IMG/VR virus record: IMGVR_UViG_3300004457_000028
Coordinates: 39,295 to 103,294 of that record
Reading direction: 5' to 3' (one strand)
Length of the DNA: 64,000 nucleotides
From: a virus
Shown: piece after piece, positions 56,301 to 64,000 of the stretch
How positions within the stretch are numbered: the stretch's first letter is position 1
Layout of the letters: the number at the start of each line of letters is the position of its first letter
The notes under the pieces: generated by a model
Told to the model about the DNA's origin: nothing
Databases searched by the model: none
Seen by the model: only the letters and a program-made list of their open reading frames with translations
Program-made: the position numbers and the translations under genes

Positions 56301-59300
56301 ATTGAAGTATCGCCTCTAAACAACGAGTCTGAAGATTTGAAAAGTTGGGGGACATATCCATTCCCTGAAATCGGGCGTATATATCTTAAAAATGGAGCAA
56401 ACGCAGAATACAATAGTAAAACTGGTGTTTGCTTTAATTTTGTAGATTCTAACCTTTCAACAAGAAGATACATACTACCAAACAACACAGTAGTGACTAC
56501 ATTCCAAGAGTGGGTTGTTGGTAGTGGTCTTTGCACCAATGCTAACGCTCTCACTGGGACACAAAATCAAGACTTTCCTCTTGGTGAAGTAATCATGGGA
56601 GACGGTCACTTCTTTGTAGAAAACCTACAATTAGATGGCAGCACTGTGAATGACAGAATGTTTCAATCAATGGACAATGTATCACATGATTATCAACTTG
56701 GCACTCAGTTTGCTTCTACTCGTGCGTTAGTTGAAATCCCTCTCTTCAAAGGACAGTTCTTTGCTAACAAGTTTGAGAACAGTTACCCCAGCCCCGACAA
56801 TTCTTTGAAACTACACATTGACCCTACTATGACGGCTCATACATGGAATCCTTCTCCAGTTGGTCGTAGATACCAAGACCTGCCTCCAGCAGATAGAAGT
56901 GCATTTGGTGCTTATGCTAAGAGCATCCTTACTGATAACAAAAACAATCAATCTAACATTGTCAATTTTGAAACTACCAATGCTGCTTACAAAGTTTATG
57001 TAAGCAATCCAAAAGTTTTCCCCGCTGGTGTAACTACTGGGGCTGTTTACTTCAATGTAGATAATGTAGTGTTGTATCGTAGGGCATTCTTACCTTCGGG
57101 AGAGTGGTGTATTTACTCTAACGACCCAACTGTAGACGGGTATCTGAATGTAGTAAAACAAACATCTTTTGTTTCTGAAAACTTTGTTAGTGAAATTACA
57201 GATAACGGTATTGGTCTACCACTTTTAATTGGTAATGCATACGACTCAGAAGTTTTAGTTCCTCTAAAGGGTGACGCTCTTAACTCCGCTGCTGACTTTG
57301 AAGACAGAAGCGAGTATTACTATGACCAAGCGAGTGTGAAAACGCAAGGTGGTAACATTGACTACGGACTACGACAATATGTGAGTGCTGTAGAGTTCAA
57401 GGCTGGGCCTCTTTCTAATCCTCACGCAGCAAAAACACAAACCCGCAGAGCCAGTGGGACTATTCTCAATGTTGAACCTATTATGAATGGTTCTGTTTAC
57501 ACAGGTTACGCTCACTTAATCATGAGTCAAGAAGATGTAGAATTGTTCCCAAATGTAGATAATCCACCTTCGTTTGTTAATGCTGCCTTGTATACTTGGG
57601 AGATAGGTCATGCTCATTACACTTTAGAAGCAGCGGGTAATACCTTTGTCTTCTTCGGAGAAGGTAACAGAGTTAAAGTCGGAGGGGGTATCGCTGCTGA
57701 TGACAGTTTATCAAGTATTATTGTTAGGACTAAAGAAAGTTCAACCACCCCATCATACCTTAAAAACGCTACATTGAAGGGGGAACAGGCTGTATTAGTG
57801 TCAAAGGGTTTTGATACTCATTTTGCATCAGATAAATACAACATAGCCTTGAATGACAATCTTAATTTGTCAAACTCAGCAAGACCTCTTCACTACTCTG
57901 CTTCTTGGAAAATTACCCAAAGACAAAACACAACAGCGTTCACAATAACAACTACTACAAGAAGTGAACTTGTTCAAGCAAACACTCTTCATTTGAATCT
58001 TCAAGTTGGAGATTATGTTTACGCCGAAGAGTGTCGTGGGACAAGTGACTCTATTCGCTCTATTTTGTTAGGTCAAGTAACCGATATTCAAGAGAACGCA
58101 GTTCATTTCAATCCAGCCGATGCGACAGCGGATTCTTGGATTTATCTTGAATCAGCCATTCCAGCCGATAATCAAACAGCGTTTGATGACGCTCTTTCAA
58201 ATGCAGCAGGTAGTGCTGACATCAATGTTTTCCTAAGAGTCGGTTGTCAAGACATTATGAAGAATGACGATGCTGCTTTATTAAACAGAACTTGGGTATA
58301 TCCATTTGCTCAAGGTGGTTTACGAAGTGGTGACACAGTTTGGTCAAACATGACTTACAACAACCCACACGCTGTTCAGGGATTATTCGCTAAGAGTAGA
58401 GGTGTGTTTAACGAGGCTTTAGTGTGGCGTGGATTTAACGGTGGTAAAGGTTTGTTAAATGACAATCCTCGTGACTCAATACCACTTGAAAACTTCTTGA
58501 TTGGAGATTCATGTATAGAGACTGCTCGCAACTTTGTTCAACATGTCAATAAAACAATTGAACTGAATTACACAAACCTTGGTATTTCTTCTCCACCTAA
58601 AGTCGCCTACCTTGACCCGTATCTCGCCACAGAGGGACACGCTCGTGTGCTTCTCTATGATGTGGCACATGACCGTGAGTTTATTGCATTCCAAGATATT
58701 CACATGCAAGTTCAAACTTCTGCTAAAGTTGCTGAACTTGGATTTGAAAGATTGTCTACTTCTCAAAATATAGCAGATGGTAGCGATGAAATTGATTTGG
58801 GTAATTATTCAATCAAATACAACGGTGGTGCTCAAAACCCATACATTACTCAAATAGATGTAGCAAACGGTTTCCCTTCGCAGAACAAATACATCAGAAG
58901 TAATCAACACTCTAACTTCATGGAGAGTGCTTACGCACACAACTTAGCCAACAGTATGGCAAATGAAATGTTAGAGCCAGTCAAAGGAATAGTAACAAGA
59001 ATTGAACCATTAGGTGGTAACAACATAATGCTGCGACAACAAGGAACTGGTTACCCATCAGGCACAACTACGGGGGTCGCTACTACAAGTATCTCAAGTC
59101 CCGGCGCAAGTGGTCTTGTAGTAACTATCAGCACTACTCAAGGCCAAATACACACAGTAACAGTTACTGCGGGTGGTAGTGGTTACAAAAACTCAAGAAC
59201 AAATGCGCCATCTTTAGTTCGTATTGGCGGTGGTAACAATGATTGTGTAATGCAGGTATTTACCACTGATACATCTCTAATCAACACACTCACTGCTATG

Positions 59301-62300
59301 AGTCAAAGCATGATATATGGTAAAGCACACGGACATTTTATTCATACTGGTTATCACACTGGTGGGCCTTTGGCTAAGAAAAGAAGCATAGGTGACAGCC
59401 TTCTTTCAAGAACAAACAACGCTACAGTGATTCCTTACTATGCTAACAAAGTTCATCAGCAAACAAGAAAGTTGTTTTCTTCTAACAACGAATTGGTTAA
59501 GGCTTTAATGCAGCATCGTGTAAAATTACCAAAGGTTCTGACTCTTAAAGCAGGTGGGGCTACATACAATAACGGTGATTTCAGGAATGTAAGAACAACT
59601 ACTGACGGTAAAGGTAGCGGTATGACCGTAAATGTAACAATAAGCGGTAACGCAGTTGCGAGTGCCACAGTAAATCGTCAGGGAGACAGTCTGTATAAAA
59701 ACGGAGATACAATCTTTATCGGTGACAGAGGTATCAATGTTTTACCTACTGCTACCGCAACAGTAGGTGGTGACGGGCTTGGTAGTTTTGCTTTAGCCAT
59801 TAACAACACCAATGAAGAAATATCTACATTGTTTGATACTCCTGATGGAACTCGTGTAATACCCGCTTTCCTTGCGTTAAAGGGTATACGCTCTGAGACT
59901 CTTGACTTATCATCACATGATGAAACAAGATTAAAACATCTACCTCATTGGAATCAGATGGACTTTACTCGTAGATTAACTATTGACCTCGGTGAAGTTG
60001 CTGTAAAAGATGGTATTACAAATGTAGAAGCGGCTGCTAATGAAGTAGTGAGAATGATTAACCAAGCGGGTGCAAAGAAAGGGCGCACACACTCTGCGAG
60101 AAACAATAAGCAATACCCAGTAAGAGTAGTTGGTGAATCTGATTTTGCAGCAACTGGTTCAACGCATGACCCTGCTGTATGGTGGGATGAAGACAAAGCC
60201 TTCGCTTCACATGACAAAGGAACACACATGGGATATGTTCGTGCTCACATAGGTAGAGTTGTTCAAGACGCTGATGGTAACGAAGAAGGGTTCTCAATTA
60301 TTATTCACAGCACAGTTCCGGGTGCTACTGGTCGTAACTTCGCTGTTTGGTTAGACAACAGTAAGGGACAAGTGCCTTACAAACCTGAGTTCCTTATTGG
60401 TCACGGTGGGCGCTTCAGAACATTTTGGTGTATGCCTAACGAACTTAGCGGAGAAAACATGCACCCTGCACCTATGCCGTTGAATAAACACGGTAGACCT
60501 TTTGCACCTATTACATCTCTTAACCAGTATACATTCCCCGACGAATCTACTCAAAGAGTGGTGTCAGTTGCCGATTTTGCGAATAATGATAGCAATTCAA
60601 TCACACCAAAACTAAGAGCAGTATCGGCTATGAGTGGTGCAGGTCAATCACACAATACCCTAAACACAGAATCTTTAGAGATTAAAGGTCACAATAGTTC
60701 TTTTACTCAAGGTCTACGAACAGGAACACACGCTATAGCGAGAATGAACTTTGGTGGAATAGTTTCAGCAGGTATTCCGGGTTTTGCCCCCGATGCTGGT
60801 AACTGGGGCTTTGGTAGAAAAGGAGATACTCGCTTTACAAGTGATTATGGAAAACTGACTAAGATTTCATACACAGAACCACCGTCTACATACACTGGTC
60901 ATGTGCCTACAAAAGACACATTCCCCGATAACATAGGAGAATCTTCAATTTATGGTCTACAACTCAAAGACCACAGAGGAGAGGCACATGGTATCAGGTA
61001 TATTTACAAAAATATGGGTGAAGATTTCACTTTAGACAACACCAACTTACCTCAAACTCTTGACAATGAAATAGCAATTTTCTTTAATCACAAAGACTGC
61101 ACTCAGGGCGGATTCACCATAGGAAAACACATGCATGGTATCAGCGACCCTACAGGTAGATTCCCCGGTATACCTGATAACGCAGCATTGGCTAACTGGC
61201 AAGGTAACCTATGGAGAGGCGCACCTGCTCCTAACGCTTCTTACAACACGGATGTAGTCTATGACCGAAGTGCTCAGACACTGACTGTTACCCCGTATGC
61301 TCCTTACGATGCATGTCCTCATCACGATGTTTTGGGTTACATGGGTTTCCCCGCTGAGAACGGTGTCATTCATCTTTCCGACCCTTACAACGATATGGGA
61401 ACTGCTACTGTCACAGCAGGTGGGACTGGTTACACACCCAATCAAACAAATGTTGCGGGAACTGCTGTGGGTGGTAGTGGTAGCGGGATGACTTTGTTAG
61501 TAACTACTCATGCTTCTAACGCTATTGTAACAGCGGTTACAATCACATCTCTTGGTGAAGGAGGTTACCTCCATGGTGAAACCTTGTCAGTAACAAGTGC
61601 GGGTGGTGTAAATGCTGAGTTTACACTTGATACTCCTCTCATGGGTAACTGGGGTAACATGCTTAGTTACACCCACCGAACAAAAAATGACATTACCGGG
61701 ACTCATGTATTTCATGGAGTAACTGGAGATACATACATTTCAAAACATCGTATTCACACTCACAGCAACACTGCACCAAAAATTGAGCGTGGAACTTTCA
61801 TAGTAGGTGAAACAACTGAGGCTACATCGGCGCTCATCACCCCTGTTGCTAACTGGACTACTCTCGTAACAGACGAGTTGATGGCCGCTGTTACTGAGTT
61901 TGCTATCAATTTATCAGACCCTAACAAGCCCGAAGGCCATTTCTTTGATTGCACTGAGATGTATGCCTCAGACGGTAAAACATTTGGAGAATGGGGTCTT
62001 ACAGAAGAGTCAATTAAAGTTCGTGCTTACAACACTAAAAACAACATTCAACCAATATCGGATTTCTTCTCCGCCTCATTATCTCAAGATATGGGAATCA
62101 AAGCAAGTCACATTGAATATGGAGAAGTCCAAAGCGTAGCATACACAAACAATGGCGTAGTGATAAGTGGAGATGGCACACGACCAGTAAGTGATGATTT
62201 GATTGAAGATGGTAGAAGTGTAGCCTGTGGTTACATCCCTTCTACTGTTTTACAAATTGCTACTAAAGGAAAAGGGTTCAACGCTAACAGCGCTACACCT

Positions 62301-64000
62301 AACATTGTAGATTCTGAAAATAACCCAATTGATACCGAGACATGGCGTAAGAACTTAATTGGTGAAAACTTTACTGAAAATAGCGGTGACTTAATTCTAC
62401 CAAATCTTGACAATCCTACACTTCACATGAGTAACATTCATTCTTCTTCTATGATGTTTACTCATACCACTAAAGAAATATGGCATTTTTGTAAACCCGC
62501 TGGCTATGAGACTACAGTTGTTCACAACGAAAACGGACAAAGTTACGACTACACACGAATAGACTCTTTCGGAAACAGAACACCTATCACTTACGGTATG
62601 GAAACGGCGATTGTAGAAAGTCAAAATCTAAACTCCGGTGGCTATGTTTCGGAAAGAACATTCAAACAACTTACCGATGCAAACTTAAGAAGTGAAGACT
62701 GGCCTTCATCAAACCCAAGCGAGACACTTATTATCCAAAAATACGCTGATAAAAAAGCGTATTTGTTTGCGGGTAAGCGCTCTTTGGGTAGCGTTCATTC
62801 TCAACCAATCATACACTTTACAGGCGCTCGTGATAGCCCTGACAATTATGTGCCACTTTACTTTGGTGGTGGCTTTAGTGGTGCTACAATAGACATCAAT
62901 GACGGAACTAAAAACGATTACTCTGAGCATAACACTCACCCATACGCTAATGGGCCAACAGGTTCAGCAGGTATTCAAAATGCTAATGAGATTCTGTCGT
63001 CATTCTCTACCTTAGACTGTAACGCTATCATGGCCTTTTTCCCCGCTACTGCTCTCTTAAACCAGCATCGTGGTAGTATCAATCCACCAGTTTACAACAA
63101 GGATAACATATTGTCTTCTGACATCAAGCGTGGAGCACATACTCCAAGCAACATACATCCTGATGCTGCTCCATATACTGCTGGAGTTCACATGCAAGTG
63201 CCATCTCCTATGGTAGTGCGGTTCGCACATCCTACTGCTCGGTATAACGACCATCGTGATGGTATAGAAAACAAGACAACCTACATTATCTTCGGGCCGG
63301 GGCAAGCATTCCCACTCACACGAGAGGTAGCGTCTCCAATTAACACCTTTGAGCCGCATCCGGGTCACGCCATAAGCACTGGTAATACATGGTCAAAAGT
63401 TCCTAACATGACGAGTAGTAGACCGTTCTTACCAAATCACATTCAAAATAGCACAGGTGAGTATATGCCTGAGCGTGCTGCTACGCAATTGGCTAAACAC
63501 CGTTTCCACTATCGTCAAGTGCTAAACTGGGAAGCACCAGTCGGTATACCCGACACTGTATTTTTGAGAGAGCGACCTGAAACTGGGCGAAACTATGGTA
63601 ACTCATTTACACACCAAGCATTTAATTTCTACACTACAGCAAGTAATTTTTCAGATGATGTTGCTAAAGCCTATGCTGTTACACAACCAAGTCGCCATGC
63701 CATGTTCTATGGTGGTGGTATGGTAAAGAATGCAGACTTGTGTTGGCACATGGATAACGGTAATCACCCCGGCGGTTCGTGGATGGATAATCAAATTACC
63801 ATGAACCCACCAAGAGAAAGTGATAGCCTACGAGTTGCACTTGCGTCTACTACCACTCAGATTAACAAAACTGCATTTAGAGTGGCGGGAACTGTTGCTA
63901 CAAGAATGCTTTATTCTAACGATGACTCTAATTCACCTACCTTTGCAGCAGAGACATTAGTTCATGGTGATGTAGACCACGAATACATCATAGTAGATGC
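53364..64000 (+). CDS. Giant tail/adhesin protein, >3500 aa, N-terminal LamG/ConA-like domain (runs off right edge; not in track)
   Basis: GAGGTGA RBS, ATG 53364; ALLFDGVSD, IEAWV, YHIVV, IYVNG, FIGG..FRG. Frame still open at 64000 and no stop-terminated ORF listed in that frame. Confidence 0.8.
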   Translation, partial: MPIMLQSNHALLFDGVSDGVIIPQGSFSRIGQDYDDTHKSSSDVISTNYGDGVIADALGGGLGIEAWVVPDCGGVILMKEGQFKLSMGTVDTPGPIEFEANIDSSVGKMKVLLRTALPETNNYDGHVYPVNTFGGLDDSYNRFDAGKDKATSLSLSQRPLYHIVVGLNKGSVQIYVNGDLVAQQMIPSDAKLTKNNSHVFIGGKGGDFRGIIECIHVTAQFNNEMKSRNPALAGDNTISLFRFEEPVTPLKDVYTITSTSAESNLTALVIGSTNAQALANSLTGKTVTDSSVDFTVSPYSTGVYSVIDRYTNPGTTQNHLVPHVPYNLLINPGSINQTTKKPNQKPPERVRLHSIDINNGKLLVSSVHLDFKTTTNVNGLRPILHSTHIAGNGANSFVVISADSLIENGTGRPYQPPHLATQLIDRAGQMLIDEGKFEQHAMVYSSRMATTTVDTENPFAVVWPTDLDESFQVGHSGRHILNHVDGHHYLRNMPRANEEGLDQQAGNSDILTLMYDERTRGIKDLFPINSRVDYYRDVAQFEITDVVNSSAVHEVVNNGLSGASRKLISIGGVSTSAADFDPFPFLLKGPAPLTLDAIDSNLRKFHLHPSSKSRVALLHVPTLATRGLAPYVEVHYNAIDFTGASMSKTSPMLMVEKTVPASNVSVSGGGYVYDDIATDVAAGNATLYAAGGYIDVGKSKEGNLGSVNFSHSLVGDNSEGFEADVELDERLTPQNFTATGDIGNNTPQNVNASHTSKADHDSVFHRLFMERVEVKGGANITEEFARRVPHKVQGSPSAGQFDEGITSSASAIHEFFDIIDNVEVSNQLSSNHRFYVQPSDRRRTNQLQYVYSTKDREESNIACVMFLMGRTKLRGVEEVESDEGRFTAVNCVGLSDVAATRSINELGSGSPDSHVVKEIDPNAPVVSVTLGGVGQGAFDTKPSFDRSTLAHLPYSTRRGFSCLATKIRVDRNSINNTQFIEVSPLNNESEDLKSWGTYPFPEIGRIYLKNGANAEYNSKTGVCFNFVDSNLSTRRYILPNNTVVTTFQEWVVGSGLCTNANALTGTQNQDFPLGEVIMGDGHFFVENLQLDGSTVNDRMFQSMDNVSHDYQLGTQFASTRALVEIPLFKGQFFANKFENSYPSPDNSLKLHIDPTMTAHTWNPSPVGRRYQDLPPADRSAFGAYAKSILTDNKNNQSNIVNFETTNAAYKVYVSNPKVFPAGVTTGAVYFNVDNVVLYRRAFLPSGEWCIYSNDPTVDGYLNVVKQTSFVSENFVSEITDNGIGLPLLIGNAYDSEVLVPLKGDALNSAADFEDRSEYYYDQASVKTQGGNIDYGLRQYVSAVEFKAGPLSNPHAAKTQTRRASGTILNVEPIMNGSVYTGYAHLIMSQEDVELFPNVDNPPSFVNAALYTWEIGHAHYTLEAAGNTFVFFGEGNRVKVGGGIAADDSLSSIIVRTKESSTTPSYLKNATLKGEQAVLVSKGFDTHFASDKYNIALNDNLNLSNSARPLHYSASWKITQRQNTTAFTITTTTRSELVQANTLHLNLQVGDYVYAEECRGTSDSIRSILLGQVTDIQENAVHFNPADATADSWIYLESAIPADNQTAFDDALSNAAGSADINVFLRVGCQDIMKNDDAALLNRTWVYPFAQGGLRSGDTVWSNMTYNNPHAVQGLFAKSRGVFNEALVWRGFNGGKGLLNDNPRDSIPLENFLIGDSCIETARNFVQHVNKTIELNYTNLGISSPPKVAYLDPYLATEGHARVLLYDVAHDREFIAFQDIHMQVQTSAKVAELGFERLSTSQNIADGSDEIDLGNYSIKYNGGAQNPYITQIDVANGFPSQNKYIRSNQHSNFMESAYAHNLANSMANEMLEPVKGIVTRIEPLGGNNIMLRQQGTGYPSGTTTGVATTSISSPGASGLVVTISTTQGQIHTVTVTAGGSGYKNSRTNAPSLVRIGGGNNDCVMQVFTTDTSLINTLTAMSQSMIYGKAHGHFIHTGYHTGGPLAKKRSIGDSLLSRTNNATVIPYYANKVHQQTRKLFSSNNELVKALMQHRVKLPKVLTLKAGGATYNNGDFRNVRTTTDGKGSGMTVNVTISGNAVASATVNRQGDSLYKNGDTIFIGDRGINVLPTATATVGGDGLGSFALAINNTNEEISTLFDTPDGTRVIPAFLALKGIRSETLDLSSHDETRLKHLPHWNQMDFTRRLTIDLGEVAVKDGITNVEAAANEVVRMINQAGAKKGRTHSARNNKQYPVRVVGESDFAATGSTHDPAVWWDEDKAFASHDKGTHMGYVRAHIGRVVQDADGNEEGFSIIIHSTVPGATGRNFAVWLDNSKGQVPYKPEFLIGHGGRFRTFWCMPNELSGENMHPAPMPLNKHGRPFAPITSLNQYTFPDESTQRVVSVADFANNDSNSITPKLRAVSAMSGAGQSHNTLNTESLEIKGHNSSFTQGLRTGTHAIARMNFGGIVSAGIPGFAPDAGNWGFGRKGDTRFTSDYGKLTKISYTEPPSTYTGHVPTKDTFPDNIGESSIYGLQLKDHRGEAHGIRYIYKNMGEDFTLDNTNLPQTLDNEIAIFFNHKDCTQGGFTIGKHMHGISDPTGRFPGIPDNAALANWQGNLWRGAPAPNASYNTDVVYDRSAQTLTVTPYAPYDACPHHDVLGYMGFPAENGVIHLSDPYNDMGTATVTAGGTGYTPNQTNVAGTAVGGSGSGMTLLVTTHASNAIVTAVTITSLGEGGYLHGETLSVTSAGGVNAEFTLDTPLMGNWGNMLSYTHRTKNDITGTHVFHGVTGDTYISKHRIHTHSNTAPKIERGTFIVGETTEATSALITPVANWTTLVTDELMAAVTEFAINLSDPNKPEGHFFDCTEMYASDGKTFGEWGLTEESIKVRAYNTKNNIQPISDFFSASLSQDMGIKASHIEYGEVQSVAYTNNGVVISGDGTRPVSDDLIEDGRSVACGYIPSTVLQIATKGKGFNANSATPNIVDSENNPIDTETWRKNLIGENFTENSGDLILPNLDNPTLHMSNIHSSSMMFTHTTKEIWHFCKPAGYETTVVHNENGQSYDYTRIDSFGNRTPITYGMETAIVESQNLNSGGYVSERTFKQLTDANLRSEDWPSSNPSETLIIQKYADKKAYLFAGKRSLGSVHSQPIIHFTGARDSPDNYVPLYFGGGFSGATIDINDGTKNDYSEHNTHPYANGPTGSAGIQNANEILSSFSTLDCNAIMAFFPATALLNQHRGSINPPVYNKDNILSSDIKRGAHTPSNIHPDAAPYTAGVHMQVPSPMVVRFAHPTARYNDHRDGIENKTTYIIFGPGQAFPLTREVASPINTFEPHPGHAISTGNTWSKVPNMTSSRPFLPNHIQNSTGEYMPERAATQLAKHRFHYRQVLNWEAPVGIPDTVFLRERPETGRNYGNSFTHQAFNFYTTASNFSDDVAKAYAVTQPSRHAMFYGGGMVKNADLCWHMDNGNHPGGSWMDNQITMNPPRESDSLRVALASTTTQINKTAFRVAGTVATRMLYSNDDSNSPTFAAETLVHGDVDHEYIIVD

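Noticed and set aside
53376-63368. Many short ORFs in the track suggesting a gene-poor or degraded region
   Set aside because: They are shadows of one long + strand ORF from 53364 that has no stop inside the window.
1-64000. tRNA/rRNA genes, integrase, transposase, reverse transcriptase/DGR
   Set aside because: None recognised by eye; a tRNAscan/Infernal run would be needed to exclude small RNAs formally.

Overview
A 64 kb segment of a large tailed (HK97-fold, probably siphovirus-like) archaeal virus. It most resembles magroviruses of Marine Group II/Poseidoniales; this assignment is an inference from TATA-type promoters, GGTGA/GGAG ribosome-binding sites, gene content and the capsid protein sequence. 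1-10.1 kb is a leftward early arm driven by six copies of a 19-bp promoter. It encodes a PEP-synthase/PPDK-like ATP-grasp plus phospho-His protein (truncated at the edge, absent from the ORF track), ArdC, an SNF2/HARP-type helicase and many small ORFs. 8.7-10.7 kb is the strand-switch zone, with hairpin clusters, an intrinsic-type terminator and GTTACG repeats. 10.7-64 kb is almost entirely rightward: a cluster of unrelated proteins sharing a short helical tag ending in Lys, a small-GTPase/membrane-protein module, terminase, HMG-CoA lyase, a LAGLIDADG protein, portal, a 1809-aa protein with a degenerate DNA ligase domain, protease-scaffold, major capsid protein, neck and tail genes, tape measure, and a >3500-aa tail protein running off the right edge. 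The best candidate for an undescribed system is a modular capsid-cargo addressing and Lys-specific maturation-cleavage system carrying GNAT, kinase-like, HNH-like and membrane-active domains. The second candidate is the viral Arf/Rab-like GTPase membrane module. All protein calls come from motif recognition by eye; no database searches were run.
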